64,000 nucleotides of DNA from Candidatus Fermentibacteraceae bacterium (lineage in GTDB: Bacteria > Fermentibacterota > Fermentibacteria > Fermentibacterales > JCC-6), in contig JBGSZS010000016.1 in NCBI GenBank assembly GCA_041750285.1, positions 32,001 to 96,000 on the forward strand. The letters are read 5' to 3'. Position numbers and translations under genes: made by a program. How positions within the stretch are numbered: the first letter of the stretch is position 1; the number at the start of each line of letters is the position of its first letter. Positions 28,795-37,343 of this stretch are shown here, in pieces. The notes below the pieces were generated by a model. That model was not told where the DNA came from. It worked only from the letters and a program-made list of their open reading frames with translations, and made no database searches.

Positions 28795-29844
28795 TCAATC
28801 CAGAAGGAGTTTCCTGTATCGGAACAGGTCACCCAGGATGATGCCGGCGCCCAGAACCGTACAGGCCAGCGGGTTGTCTGCGATCCTTATGGGAAGCCCC
28901 GTCTCGCCCTCGAGAAGGGTGTCCAGCCCCCGAAGCAGCGCGCCGCCGCCCGTCAGCACTATTCCACGGTCCACGATATCACGGGCAAGCTCGGCGGGGG
29001 TTTTCTCGAGGGCCTGATGCACGGCCTCGACGATCTGTCCCACCGGAACCCTGAGAGCCTCGAGTATGTCCTGAGAACGCACCCGGTAAGTTCTGGGTAC
29101 TCCGTTGATTATATCGAGACCGCTGACCTCCATGTCATCCGATCTGCCCTCGGTAACAGCTCCCAGGGTGATCTTCACGGTTTCCGCGGTGCGCTCCCCC
29201 ACGAGAAGGCTGAAGTGCCTCTTGAGGTAGCTCTGTATGGCCTCGTTCATCTCATCGCCGCCCACCCTGATCGAGTTCTCCGCCGCAATGGAGTTCAGGC
29301 TTATCACGGCGATCTCCGTCGTTCCCCCGCCGATGTCGACAACCATGTTGCCGGGTGCTCCCTCCACCGGAAGCCCGACTCCCAGTGCTGAAGCCAGAGG
29401 CTCGGGGACCATCAGGACCTCACGAGCACCCGCGCGTTCCAGCGAGTTCCTAACTGCAGTCTTTTCTACCTCGGTGATCCCGCTCGGAACGCATACGAGA
29501 ACCCTGGGTCTCATCGAGAACCTTCTGGCCTGGCTTCTCGAGAAGAACTCCCTAAGCATGGCCAGGGTGGCTGTGGCGTTGGTTATCACGCCGTCTTTCA
29601 GGGGTCTGATCACGGTGAGGTCACGGTTCGTGCGACCAAGCATGATCTTTGCGTCGCCGCCCACCGCAACCACGGCTCCGCTGTCGTTCTCAACGGCGAT
29701 GACGCTGGGTTCCTCCAGCACTATCCCCCTGTTTTCAACATATACAAGCGTGTTTGCCGTGCCGAGATCGATGGCCATGGAGGTGGAAAGAACACCGCCG
29801 CCATCACTGCCGGTAAACCGACGGAACATGCCCTTCAGATCCAT
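28795..29844 (-). CDS. mreB: Rod shape-determining protein MreB
   Basis: IDLGTANT, EPSVIA, VDIGGGTTE, LTGGGALL. Confidence 0.97.
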   Translation of the reverse strand: MDLKGMFRRFTGSDGGGVLSTSMAIDLGTANTLVYVENRGIVLEEPSVIAVENDSGAVVAVGGDAKIMLGRTNRDLTVIRPLKDGVITNATATLAMLREFFSRSQARRFSMRPRVLVCVPSGITEVEKTAVRNSLERAGAREVLMVPEPLASALGVGLPVEGAPGNMVVDIGGGTTEIAVISLNSIAAENSIRVGGDEMNEAIQSYLKRHFSLLVGERTAETVKITLGAVTEGRSDDMEVSGLDIINGVPRTYRVRSQDILEALRVPVGQIVEAVHQALEKTPAELARDIVDRGIVLTGGGALLRGLDTLLEGETGLPIRIADNPLACTVLGAGIILGDLFRYRKLLLD

Positions 29845-29976
29845 GAGTTAGCAGAACCCCCTTCGGAAGCCTTGGCTGCTTCTCCAAACCGGACAGCAAC
29901 ATATAATGAATCGCAAGCGACAAGGGTACCCTGATGGGGTACTGACGCGATCATGGTGTGTTAACCGAAGGTCGAG

Positions 29977-30747
29977 TTAACGAATGGAGGGTTCAGGGGT
30001 AAGGCGCCAGGGCGTGCCCGGCTCGAGCGTGTCAACCGGAACCGAGGTCCTCAGGGTCCATATAGCATCCCAGGGCTCGGTGGAGACGTCAATTGTTGAC
30101 ATTGTAAACTCGGTTGAACCGTAAGCTGTTACAACGTGCCACCCCCCGGGCCATGCCTGGTACTCGTCGTGCCAGGACGACCGGGTCACCCGCACTTCGA
30201 TGTCTCCTAAAACGAGACTTGAGGGGAAGAGCCCGCCATCATAGGTGAGGGTTGCCGTATCACCTGCGGCTTCAAGGCGCCAGACCCCGTCATCGTACAG
30301 TTCCGCCAGCACGCGGTGCTCGGGCGGGACGGGAAAACCGGTCCGAACAAGTGAGAGAAGGGAAAGAACAGGGAAGACCCCGCATCCCGAAGGAAGGCCG
30401 CCGGGTTTGAAGAAAGCCGCGTCTTCACCTGGATGGTAACCGAGAAAACCTGTCGTATCGCAGAAAAAGCTGAACATGGGCCGGCCGTCCGGGCCGTACA
30501 TGTCGCCCCTCAGCCTGGGAGGGCACCTGGTTCCCCAGACGACGAACGGTCCTTCAGCCACGAGGCTCTCTCCCAGTGCCCTGGCGCGCCCCCTGAGCTG
30601 GAAATGGTCAAGGTTTTCCCAGCAGAAAGATGCCCTCGCCCAGTACCGGAACTCAGGGTTGAGGCCCGTTCCGGTACCCGTGCTGCAACCGGCAAGCAGA
30701 ATAGCCGTTGAAACCGTGTAGAGCAGAATGCGGAGCCGGACCTGCAT
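29977..30747 (-). CDS. Predicted lipoprotein of unknown function (possibly LolB/DUF4292-like)
   Basis: Lipobox LLAGC; beta-rich sequence. Confidence 0.65.
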   Translation of the reverse strand: MQVRLRILLYTVSTAILLAGCSTGTGTGLNPEFRYWARASFCWENLDHFQLRGRARALGESLVAEGPFVVWGTRCPPRLRGDMYGPDGRPMFSFFCDTTGFLGYHPGEDAAFFKPGGLPSGCGVFPVLSLLSLVRTGFPVPPEHRVLAELYDDGVWRLEAAGDTATLTYDGGLFPSSLVLGDIEVRVTRSSWHDEYQAWPGGWHVVTAYGSTEFTMSTIDVSTEPWDAIWTLRTSVPVDTLEPGTPWRLTPEPSIR

Positions 30748-30953
30748 CAGGATCCGTACTGCTTCTCCAGTGCTGCGATCCGCCTGTCGAGCTCGATCTC
30801 GGTGATCAGTTTCTGACGCCTTTTCTGAAGACCCTCAGCCTTGTCGGCGGGCAGCCTCGGCAGAAGGCTGTCTATCATCGAGACCGCCCTGCTGCGGTCT
30901 CCCGATTTGGCTGTTTCATCGATGGTCTTCACAAGGTCACTGAGCTTCGCCAT
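30747..30953 (-). CDS. Small helical hypothetical protein
   Basis: 68 aa; GGAG RBS; overlaps both neighbours. Confidence 0.65.
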   Translation of the reverse strand: MAKLSDLVKTIDETAKSGDRSRAVSMIDSLLPRLPADKAEGLQKRRQKLITEIELDRRIAALEKQYGS

Positions 30954-31836
30954 CCCGTTGATCTCCCTTCATCATTCCGTAGCACGCTTCAAGAAAGGTC
31001 CGGACCTGGTCTGAATCCACCCTGAATCCGCCCTTTTCCGACGGGAACACGTCCCGTTCAACAACACCGTGAAAATCGCTTCCGCCGGTGAGCATGAGGC
31101 CGAAATCCCCGGCGGTGCGCACAAGGAAGGCTGTTTTCTCTTTGTCGTGGCCGGGGTAGAACGCTTCGATCCCCATCAGACCGCCTTCGGTCAGCGAGGC
31201 CACGAGTGCCCTGATGCCCTCGCCGTCCCTTCCTTCCAGAAGCCAGGGATGAGCCAGAATTGGGATCCCGCCGTTTTCCCTGACAAGGTCCAGCGCCCTG
31301 AAGTCGCCGATACGCTCCCTGGCGACGTATGCCATGGCGCCCTTTCCCAGATAGTCCCGGAAAGCCTGTTCGGTGCTGGACACGACTCCCATCTGAACCA
31401 GGATGGTGGCGATGTGAAGTCTTCCGGTGACACCCCCGCCGGAATGATCAAGAACCTCGCGCATGGTTATCGGGATGCCCTGTTCCTGAAGCTTCCGAAT
31501 GATAAGGGAGTTGCGGGAATCCCTGGCTTCCCTTACCGCGGTGAGGGCCTTTTCGACTGAACCGCCATCCCACGAAAGCGGATCCTGACCGGGGAAATAA
31601 CCAAGCATGTGAGCCGAGCCCCCGCAGTGAAGCTCGACGCTCAGTTCGATCCCCGGGATGAGTGTCAGGTTTCTGCCCAGCGCAGCCCGGGCAGCTTCGG
31701 GAACACCGTCGAAAGTATCGTGATCGGTCACTGCAAGGGCGCAATACCCGCTCTCAACCGCCCTGTCCACTATCCAGGATGGCCTCATCGCCCCGTCGCT
31801 GCCGGTGCTGTGCACATGAAGATCAAGCGTTGCCAT
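30937..31836 (-). CDS. PHP-domain phosphoesterase (YciV/TrpH-like)
   Basis: DLHVHSTGSDG, TDHD, GIELS, GRLHIA, LAHP, GGSDFHG. Confidence 0.93.
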   Translation of the reverse strand: MATLDLHVHSTGSDGAMRPSWIVDRAVESGYCALAVTDHDTFDGVPEAARAALGRNLTLIPGIELSVELHCGGSAHMLGYFPGQDPLSWDGGSVEKALTAVREARDSRNSLIIRKLQEQGIPITMREVLDHSGGGVTGRLHIATILVQMGVVSSTEQAFRDYLGKGAMAYVARERIGDFRALDLVRENGGIPILAHPWLLEGRDGEGIRALVASLTEGGLMGIEAFYPGHDKEKTAFLVRTAGDFGLMLTGGSDFHGVVERDVFPSEKGGFRVDSDQVRTFLEACYGMMKGDQRDGEAQ

Positions 31837-31993
31837 AAGCCCTTTCTCAAGGATTGGAATATGCTCGCACCGCGGTGAATGGGCAATGGAGACCCGCCAG
31901 TGAACGATGCTTAACACACGGCACCGATTCCCTTGTATAGTTTTATCCTGTTTCAGGAGGCAACCGCCCCACCCGGGCCGTGAAGGGATGCGA

Positions 31994-33337
31994 ATGGGAA
32001 AGATCATGTACGTGCGCGACCCGGTTCACGGATCCATCAAGCTGTCAAAACTGCAGGAAGAACTCCTGAAAACGGTCGAGGTGCAGCGACTCAGCTTCAT
32101 CCACCAGCTGGGTACCACATTCCAGTGTTATCCCGGAGCACACGGTATGCGGCTTGCCCACGCCGTGGGGGTGTCCCACCTGGCGGGCGTCATTGCACGG
32201 CACATAGCCGACCAGGACCTTTCCTCCGAATCATCCGGCGCCGACGGGGTGATGATGCTCGTTCAGGCCGCAGGGATGCTGCACGACATCGGGCACACTC
32301 CCTGGTCCCATACGCTCGAACCCCTCTACGCGGAGATGTACGGTGTTGATCACATGGGGCTCGTTGCCGATCTGGTCACGGGAAGGCAGGTGATGAACGT
32401 ACGCGGTTCCGGGCGGATACCGGAGATACTCGGCAAATGGGGGGTGGATCCAAACTTGGTCGCGGACCTTGTGCAGAACCGCTTTCAGGGCCCGTCGTAC
32501 ATCCAGCAGATGATCTTCGGAGAGGTTGACGCCGACATGCTGGATTACCTTCAGCGTGACTTTCATTTCACAGGCGTCGCGTACGGCCACATCGAGGCCG
32601 ACCGGATCATCAGCACGATGACGGTGCGCGAAAACAGGCTCGTTTTCCAGCTCAAGGGACTCGATGCGGTCAGGGACTTCCTTCTGGCAAGGTTCCACAT
32701 GTACTCAAGCGTCTATCTTCACCGGAAAACGAGGATCGTTGATCAGATGCTCCTTGCGGCGACACGCAGAAGCGTGCTCGAGCTCGGAGAGGTCCCGGAC
32801 TTTCATTTCATGACCGACGACGAGCTTCTGAGCCACCTCCTTACACTGTCGGCCGATCCATGGGTCAGGGAGATGGCCTGGAGAGTCAAGTTCCGACAGG
32901 GGCTCTTTACCCAGGTTTTCAGCATAGGAGCCCTTGCCAGCTCCGACAGGCATGCCGGATTCATCGCCGGCATCCTCTCCGAAACGCCAAGGGGGACTGC
33001 AACTGCCCTTGCACGGCGGATTTCATCCGAGTCCGGTGTGGATGAGCGCTTCATTATCGTCGATCTGCCCGTCGAAGCGGTGAAAACCAGCGAAGAGCGT
33101 TTTCAGAAGCTGGACATCAGGTTTATTGGAACGGGCGAATCACTGGAATCCATCGAAAGCGTGGATCCCGCCTTCGCGCGCTACCTGGGCGAGATGAAAC
33201 CGAACCGCAGCCTGATAACAGTCTGCTGTGCTCCCGAGTACAGGGAGCGTGTCGCCGCGTCATGTGAGAAGCTCTTCAGGGATTCGGTCATGCCGCTGTT
33301 TACGGGCGAGGATCAGGAGTGCTCGCCGTCGAGGTAG
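31994..33337 (+). CDS. HD-domain phosphohydrolase (YwfO/SAMHD1-like dNTPase family)
   Basis: RDPVHG, QRL..I.QLG, LHDIGH.PWSH, DADMLDYLQRD, VYLH. Confidence 0.92.
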   Translation: MGKIMYVRDPVHGSIKLSKLQEELLKTVEVQRLSFIHQLGTTFQCYPGAHGMRLAHAVGVSHLAGVIARHIADQDLSSESSGADGVMMLVQAAGMLHDIGHTPWSHTLEPLYAEMYGVDHMGLVADLVTGRQVMNVRGSGRIPEILGKWGVDPNLVADLVQNRFQGPSYIQQMIFGEVDADMLDYLQRDFHFTGVAYGHIEADRIISTMTVRENRLVFQLKGLDAVRDFLLARFHMYSSVYLHRKTRIVDQMLLAATRRSVLELGEVPDFHFMTDDELLSHLLTLSADPWVREMAWRVKFRQGLFTQVFSIGALASSDRHAGFIAGILSETPRGTATALARRISSESGVDERFIIVDLPVEAVKTSEERFQKLDIRFIGTGESLESIESVDPAFARYLGEMKPNRSLITVCCAPEYRERVAASCEKLFRDSVMPLFTGEDQECSPSR

Positions 33338-34149
33338 GTGGGTCCGGTCGCGGTGCCGCAGTTCCCGCAGGTAAACCGCAGGTGCTCCCACATTCCGATG
33401 GAGTTGTACCAGTTCACCCGTGATGCATCGGGGCGCGCCATTACAGAACCGCATTTGGGGCACTTCCACCCTTCCCCGCGAGCCCTTCGTATGCTTTTCA
33501 GGGAGTCCTCCAGCAGTGGAAGGTACTGATGGTTGCCCGCCTTCTCAGCGATGCGGATCGGAGTGAGACCCGAACCGTTCCTGTGATAGGCCTTGGCGCC
33601 ATGCTTAAGCAGCACTCTTATTATCGTCTTCTTGTTTTTTCCGGCGACAGCTATGTGGATGGGTGCATCACCCGCCGAGTTCTCGGCCCCCGCATCGGCT
33701 CCGGCTGACAGCAGAAGCCTGCATATCTCCTCCCTGCCCTCGCTTACGGCCACATGAAGGGCCGACTCTCCGGAGATGGATGTCGCGGCAGGAGATGCGC
33801 CGATCTCCAGGAAAGCCTTGACCACATCCACCAGCCCCGCCCTGACCGCGAGATGGACTGGGGATTCTCCCCCCTCTCCCATCGGCTTGTTGATATCACC
33901 GCCCCTGCTCACGATGTTCCTGAAAATGGACAGGAGCAGGCCGGGGTCGATGGTCTCGCTGCAGGCCCGTTCCACAAGCGCCTGAACAAGGCTTCTGCCA
34001 TCGCGCAAAGACTTGCCTGTCATTTCATAACGACCGCCGGAGAGACTCTCTATCTTCTCCCAGTCGGGTGAAGGTTTTGCAATCTCGCCAAGCATCTTCC
34101 GTAGATTACTGGTAAAGAGAGCCAAGTCTTCCTCCAGGGGATGGATCAA
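33313..34149 (-). CDS. Ankyrin-repeat protein with C-terminal zinc ribbon
   Basis: GESPVHLAV, GESALHVAV, GDAPIHIAV, GLTPIRIA; CPKC...CGNC. Confidence 0.88.
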   Translation of the reverse strand: MIHPLEEDLALFTSNLRKMLGEIAKPSPDWEKIESLSGGRYEMTGKSLRDGRSLVQALVERACSETIDPGLLLSIFRNIVSRGGDINKPMGEGGESPVHLAVRAGLVDVVKAFLEIGASPAATSISGESALHVAVSEGREEICRLLLSAGADAGAENSAGDAPIHIAVAGKNKKTIIRVLLKHGAKAYHRNGSGLTPIRIAEKAGNHQYLPLLEDSLKSIRRARGEGWKCPKCGSVMARPDASRVNWYNSIGMWEHLRFTCGNCGTATGPTYLDGEHS

Positions 34150-34181
34150 CCTTGTCGGGAAACGGGTGAATTATGCTAAAA

Positions 34182-36305
34182 TCACTCGGGGGAGTCATCC
34201 CTCATCCTTCTCATTGAAGTCACGAGAGTGTTGATGAGCCTTACGAGCTCCCCGGGCGGGCTGGGCTTGGGTAGAAAGACAACCCTTTCATGGGCAAGGA
34301 GAGCCTGGATCCCTTCCGGTTTCTCGTAGCCGCTGGTAAGTATGACCGCCATCCTGCCGAAGTTCTCCAGACAATGGGCAGCGATGCCGATCGAGGGCGT
34401 TCCGGGCATGTTCAGGTCCAGAACGATCACGTCATAGATCCCCCTGGAGAGCTCGTCCATGGTCTCGTCCCCCCCGGAGGCAGTCACGACCTGAAAGTCC
34501 TGGCTTCGAAGGAACTCACCCAGGGTCTCCCGCACCAGGTCCACATCGTCGGCCAGAAGCACCCTAACTCCGTTGTCACCGGAGGTGAAGGCCGACGATG
34601 GGACATCAGCGGAACCCTGGGAAGCGATGCCTTTGAGAACAAGGCAGAGAATCGTTTCCCCCATCCCCCTTTCAAAGCTTATCCAGCCCCCGAACTCGAG
34701 GGATGCGCGGTAGGCCGTGCCGTAAGCTGTTCCGAACTGCCGGTCGACATCGGCCGGCTCGTATTCACGGGCCGAGAAAACATCCCTCAGCTCTGGTGGC
34801 ATGATGAACCCGTCGGAGTATCTGAGGCAGATCCTGCTTCCCCTCTCCACATCCGGAGAAAGGATCTGTCTTGGCAGCCTGTCAGAGAGGTTTATTCTGA
34901 TCCTTCCCGTCCCGCCCTTCATCTGGTCGCTTGAGGCCAGCGCGAGACTGAAGAAGAACTGCCTGAGCAGACCTCTGTCCACCATTATCTTGTATCTTGA
35001 GACCCCTCCGGCCTCCACTGTTATGTTGAAAGGCATCACGCTGCGAAGGACCTGAGATATCCTTGCCATCTCGTGTGACGGATCACATATGCCCGACTCG
35101 CTTCCCGCGTTCAGAAGAAGGAGCTGAAGCTCACTGCACACGTCGGAGAGCTTGCCGGCCTCTTTCAGAATGTCGCGGAAACGTCCGGCCAGCTCCCAGT
35201 CCACAGTTGCCTCACGTATGCCGAGCGAGGCGGCTCCCACGATTCCAGCCACCCTGTTGTTGAGATCATGGGCCAGCCCCCTGACCATTCCGGTGAGGAC
35301 CTCCTGTTCCTGCCGGGCTTCCGTTTCTACGGCAATCCTTTCCGGTGGCATCCCGCCCGGTCTGTCCGAAAGCAGGAAGAGGACTCCACCCAGTATCCTC
35401 GATCCGGCCATGACGGGTTGATACAGGGCTTCGACTCTCTGTGCGGACCCCGATGCCCGGGCCAGATCAACTTTCTCCCGGAATGAGCTTCGACTATTGA
35501 GGCACTTGTCCCTGAAGGACTGTGGAAGTGAGATGAGGGAGCTGAACGATCTGGAACCACTGCCGGATTCCGGCTCGAGGATCGCTGCCGCCCCGGAGCT
35601 CATGGATGCGACAAGGCCACTGCCGTCGATCAGCACGACGGGAACACCCGAGTCCCCGGTGACCGCTTTCATCGCTTCGGCAAAGAAGAGGCACTCCGGT
35701 GAGCCTGCGGACTTGTCGGTGAACCGGTTCATCTCGCTTCTGCGTCTGATCATGGAGAGGAGGAGAACGGTGATGGGGCTAAGTGAGATTATTACTATTG
35801 ATAACATAGTAATAACTATACCATTTCTCAGGAATTCGTACTTTTTTATTGATGTTTCCCAGTATACATCACGATAGAGAAAAAGGCTTCTTCCCTCTGG
35901 ATGTGTTCTTGTGTATCGGATAATAAATGACTTGTTTTGCTCACCCGATGAAGCAATGTCTTCCAGGGATTCGCCCGTCGCAGAAGCCTCTTCGGACAGA
36001 ACAAGCTCCATCGAATCCAGCCCGGCCAGTCCCTGCCGGATCCTTCCACAGCCGGGTTCCGATTCTCCTCGCACGCGCATTTCAAGGGCCGCAACCTCTT
36101 CGCATAGAGCGGCATGCATGTGTACCTGGCTTACCCGGGCCCTTCCTGAGTCCCGAAGGACATTTCCCGAGTAGAACGCCCATAACGCTGAGGCGACCAA
36201 AGCGATAAGAACTCCCGACGCGAGAGGGGCGAATATTCTTGCCATCTCGCGGCTGTCGCGAGAGTTAACGTCTGGAAGCGCGTCGAGGCTGAAAGTCCTG
36301 TTCAT
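34182..36305 (-). CDS. Atypical membrane hybrid sensor kinase (PAS-HisKA-degenerate HATPase-receiver)
   Basis: Two TM helices; H-box AHDLNN; receiver LADD..LDLNMPG..TSGY..PKP; N/G boxes eroded. Confidence 0.8.
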   Translation of the reverse strand: MNRTFSLDALPDVNSRDSREMARIFAPLASGVLIALVASALWAFYSGNVLRDSGRARVSQVHMHAALCEEVAALEMRVRGESEPGCGRIRQGLAGLDSMELVLSEEASATGESLEDIASSGEQNKSFIIRYTRTHPEGRSLFLYRDVYWETSIKKYEFLRNGIVITMLSIVIISLSPITVLLLSMIRRRSEMNRFTDKSAGSPECLFFAEAMKAVTGDSGVPVVLIDGSGLVASMSSGAAAILEPESGSGSRSFSSLISLPQSFRDKCLNSRSSFREKVDLARASGSAQRVEALYQPVMAGSRILGGVLFLLSDRPGGMPPERIAVETEARQEQEVLTGMVRGLAHDLNNRVAGIVGAASLGIREATVDWELAGRFRDILKEAGKLSDVCSELQLLLLNAGSESGICDPSHEMARISQVLRSVMPFNITVEAGGVSRYKIMVDRGLLRQFFFSLALASSDQMKGGTGRIRINLSDRLPRQILSPDVERGSRICLRYSDGFIMPPELRDVFSAREYEPADVDRQFGTAYGTAYRASLEFGGWISFERGMGETILCLVLKGIASQGSADVPSSAFTSGDNGVRVLLADDVDLVRETLGEFLRSQDFQVVTASGGDETMDELSRGIYDVIVLDLNMPGTPSIGIAAHCLENFGRMAVILTSGYEKPEGIQALLAHERVVFLPKPSPPGELVRLINTLVTSMRRMRDDSPE
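35789..35815. repeat. Perfect 10-7-10 inverted repeat in an AT-rich patch
   Basis: TTATTACTAT-TGATAAC-ATAGTAATAA. Confidence 0.8.
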
Positions 36306-36376
36306 GGCGGTTTTTCCCTTCACACGGCTTCATTCATGCAACATGGCTTCATTCGCCGGAAATCGCAAGGAGTAAA

Positions 36377-36405
36377 TTGACATGTCTTGAGTCATCTCTT
36401 ATTAT
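36377..36405 (+). promoter_or_regulatory. Sigma70-type promoter of the recombinase-like gene
   Basis: TTGACA-17 bp-TATTAT. Confidence 0.75.
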
Positions 36406-36451
36406 TTAGTGTACCTGCGCTAATCGACCAATCATAGCGAACAAGAAAGGA

Positions 36452-37297
36452 ATGAAAAATATGGATTTCATCGAACGCACAAAAAAGCAGCTCGCTGAAA
36501 CCGGACGAAGCCCGAAAACGGCAAACAGCTACATCTCCCATCTTAGAAGGCTTGTCGGGCACTTCGGCGAGGAAACCGGAAGCCTTGACCCCGAAGCGCT
36601 CCGCAGCTACCTCGAAGAGATGGTGGAAGAGGGCAAATCCCTCTCCTATCTCAACCAGGCTCAGAGCGCCATCAGATACCTGTACACACAGGTTCTTGAC
36701 AAGGCCAATCCACTGCCGAGTCCCAGCGTCATAGCCAAGAGGATCCCCCTCCATGGGCTCTTCGCACGTGAAGAGATAGCCGCCCTCTTCCAGCATGTGC
36801 ATGAACTCAAGTATCGTCTCGCCCTCATGTTCATCTATTCCAGCGGCCTCAGGGTCAGCGAAACAGCCATTCTCAAGCGCGAGAACGTTGACATGGCCAA
36901 CCACATAATACACGTGTACTCCTTCGAGGGCGATTACCAGAGGGACACGATACTCTCCCGCAAGGCCGGCCGCATTCTCAGCCAGTACCTCGAGCTTCGT
37001 ACCGATCCCTCGCCTTACCTGTTCCCGGGCAGGGCCCATACAAGCTACGTGTCCGCCAGAACCATCCAGCGTGCTTTTATCGATGCGCTGGACGAGGCCG
37101 GGATCACAAAGCGCGCCACCCTTGGCTGGCTCAGGCACAGCTTCGCCGTACACCTCCTGGAAGACGGCGTTGACAGACGGCTTGTCCAGAAACTTCTGGG
37201 CATTACCACACCCTCCATGATCACGCCCTACCTCAAACTCGCAAAAGACAGGTCCGAACTGAGGGTCATGAGCCCTCTCGACCGCTTCGACTCTTAA
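36452..37297 (+). CDS. Tyrosine recombinase family protein (SAM-like N-domain), catalytically degenerate
   Basis: YSSGLRVSE, YLFPG, LRHSFAVHLLEDG, VQKLLG, C-terminal SPLD; the catalytic K, H and H/W are replaced. Confidence 0.85.
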   Translation: MKNMDFIERTKKQLAETGRSPKTANSYISHLRRLVGHFGEETGSLDPEALRSYLEEMVEEGKSLSYLNQAQSAIRYLYTQVLDKANPLPSPSVIAKRIPLHGLFAREEIAALFQHVHELKYRLALMFIYSSGLRVSETAILKRENVDMANHIIHVYSFEGDYQRDTILSRKAGRILSQYLELRTDPSPYLFPGRAHTSYVSARTIQRAFIDALDEAGITKRATLGWLRHSFAVHLLEDGVDRRLVQKLLGITTPSMITPYLKLAKDRSELRVMSPLDRFDS

Positions 37298-37313
37298 AAA
37301 AACGCTTCGAAAC

Positions 37314-37339
37314 GCCGGGGGGATCCATTTCCCCCCGGC
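37314..37339. terminator. Probable bidirectional intrinsic terminator
   Basis: GCCGGGGGGA-loop-TCCCCCCGGC between convergent genes, with an A7 tract on the left. Confidence 0.7.
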
Positions 37340-37343
37340 TTCA

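Noticed and set aside
29865..29900. SRP-RNA-like string GTCCGGTTTGGAGAAGCAGCCAAGGC upstream of mreB (minus strand)
   Set aside because: The helix-8 CAGG/GNRA geometry is broken and there is no long flanking helix.
36452..37340. Integron or prophage
   Set aside because: No IntI-specific insertion, attC sites, cassettes, phage genes or flanking att repeats seen.
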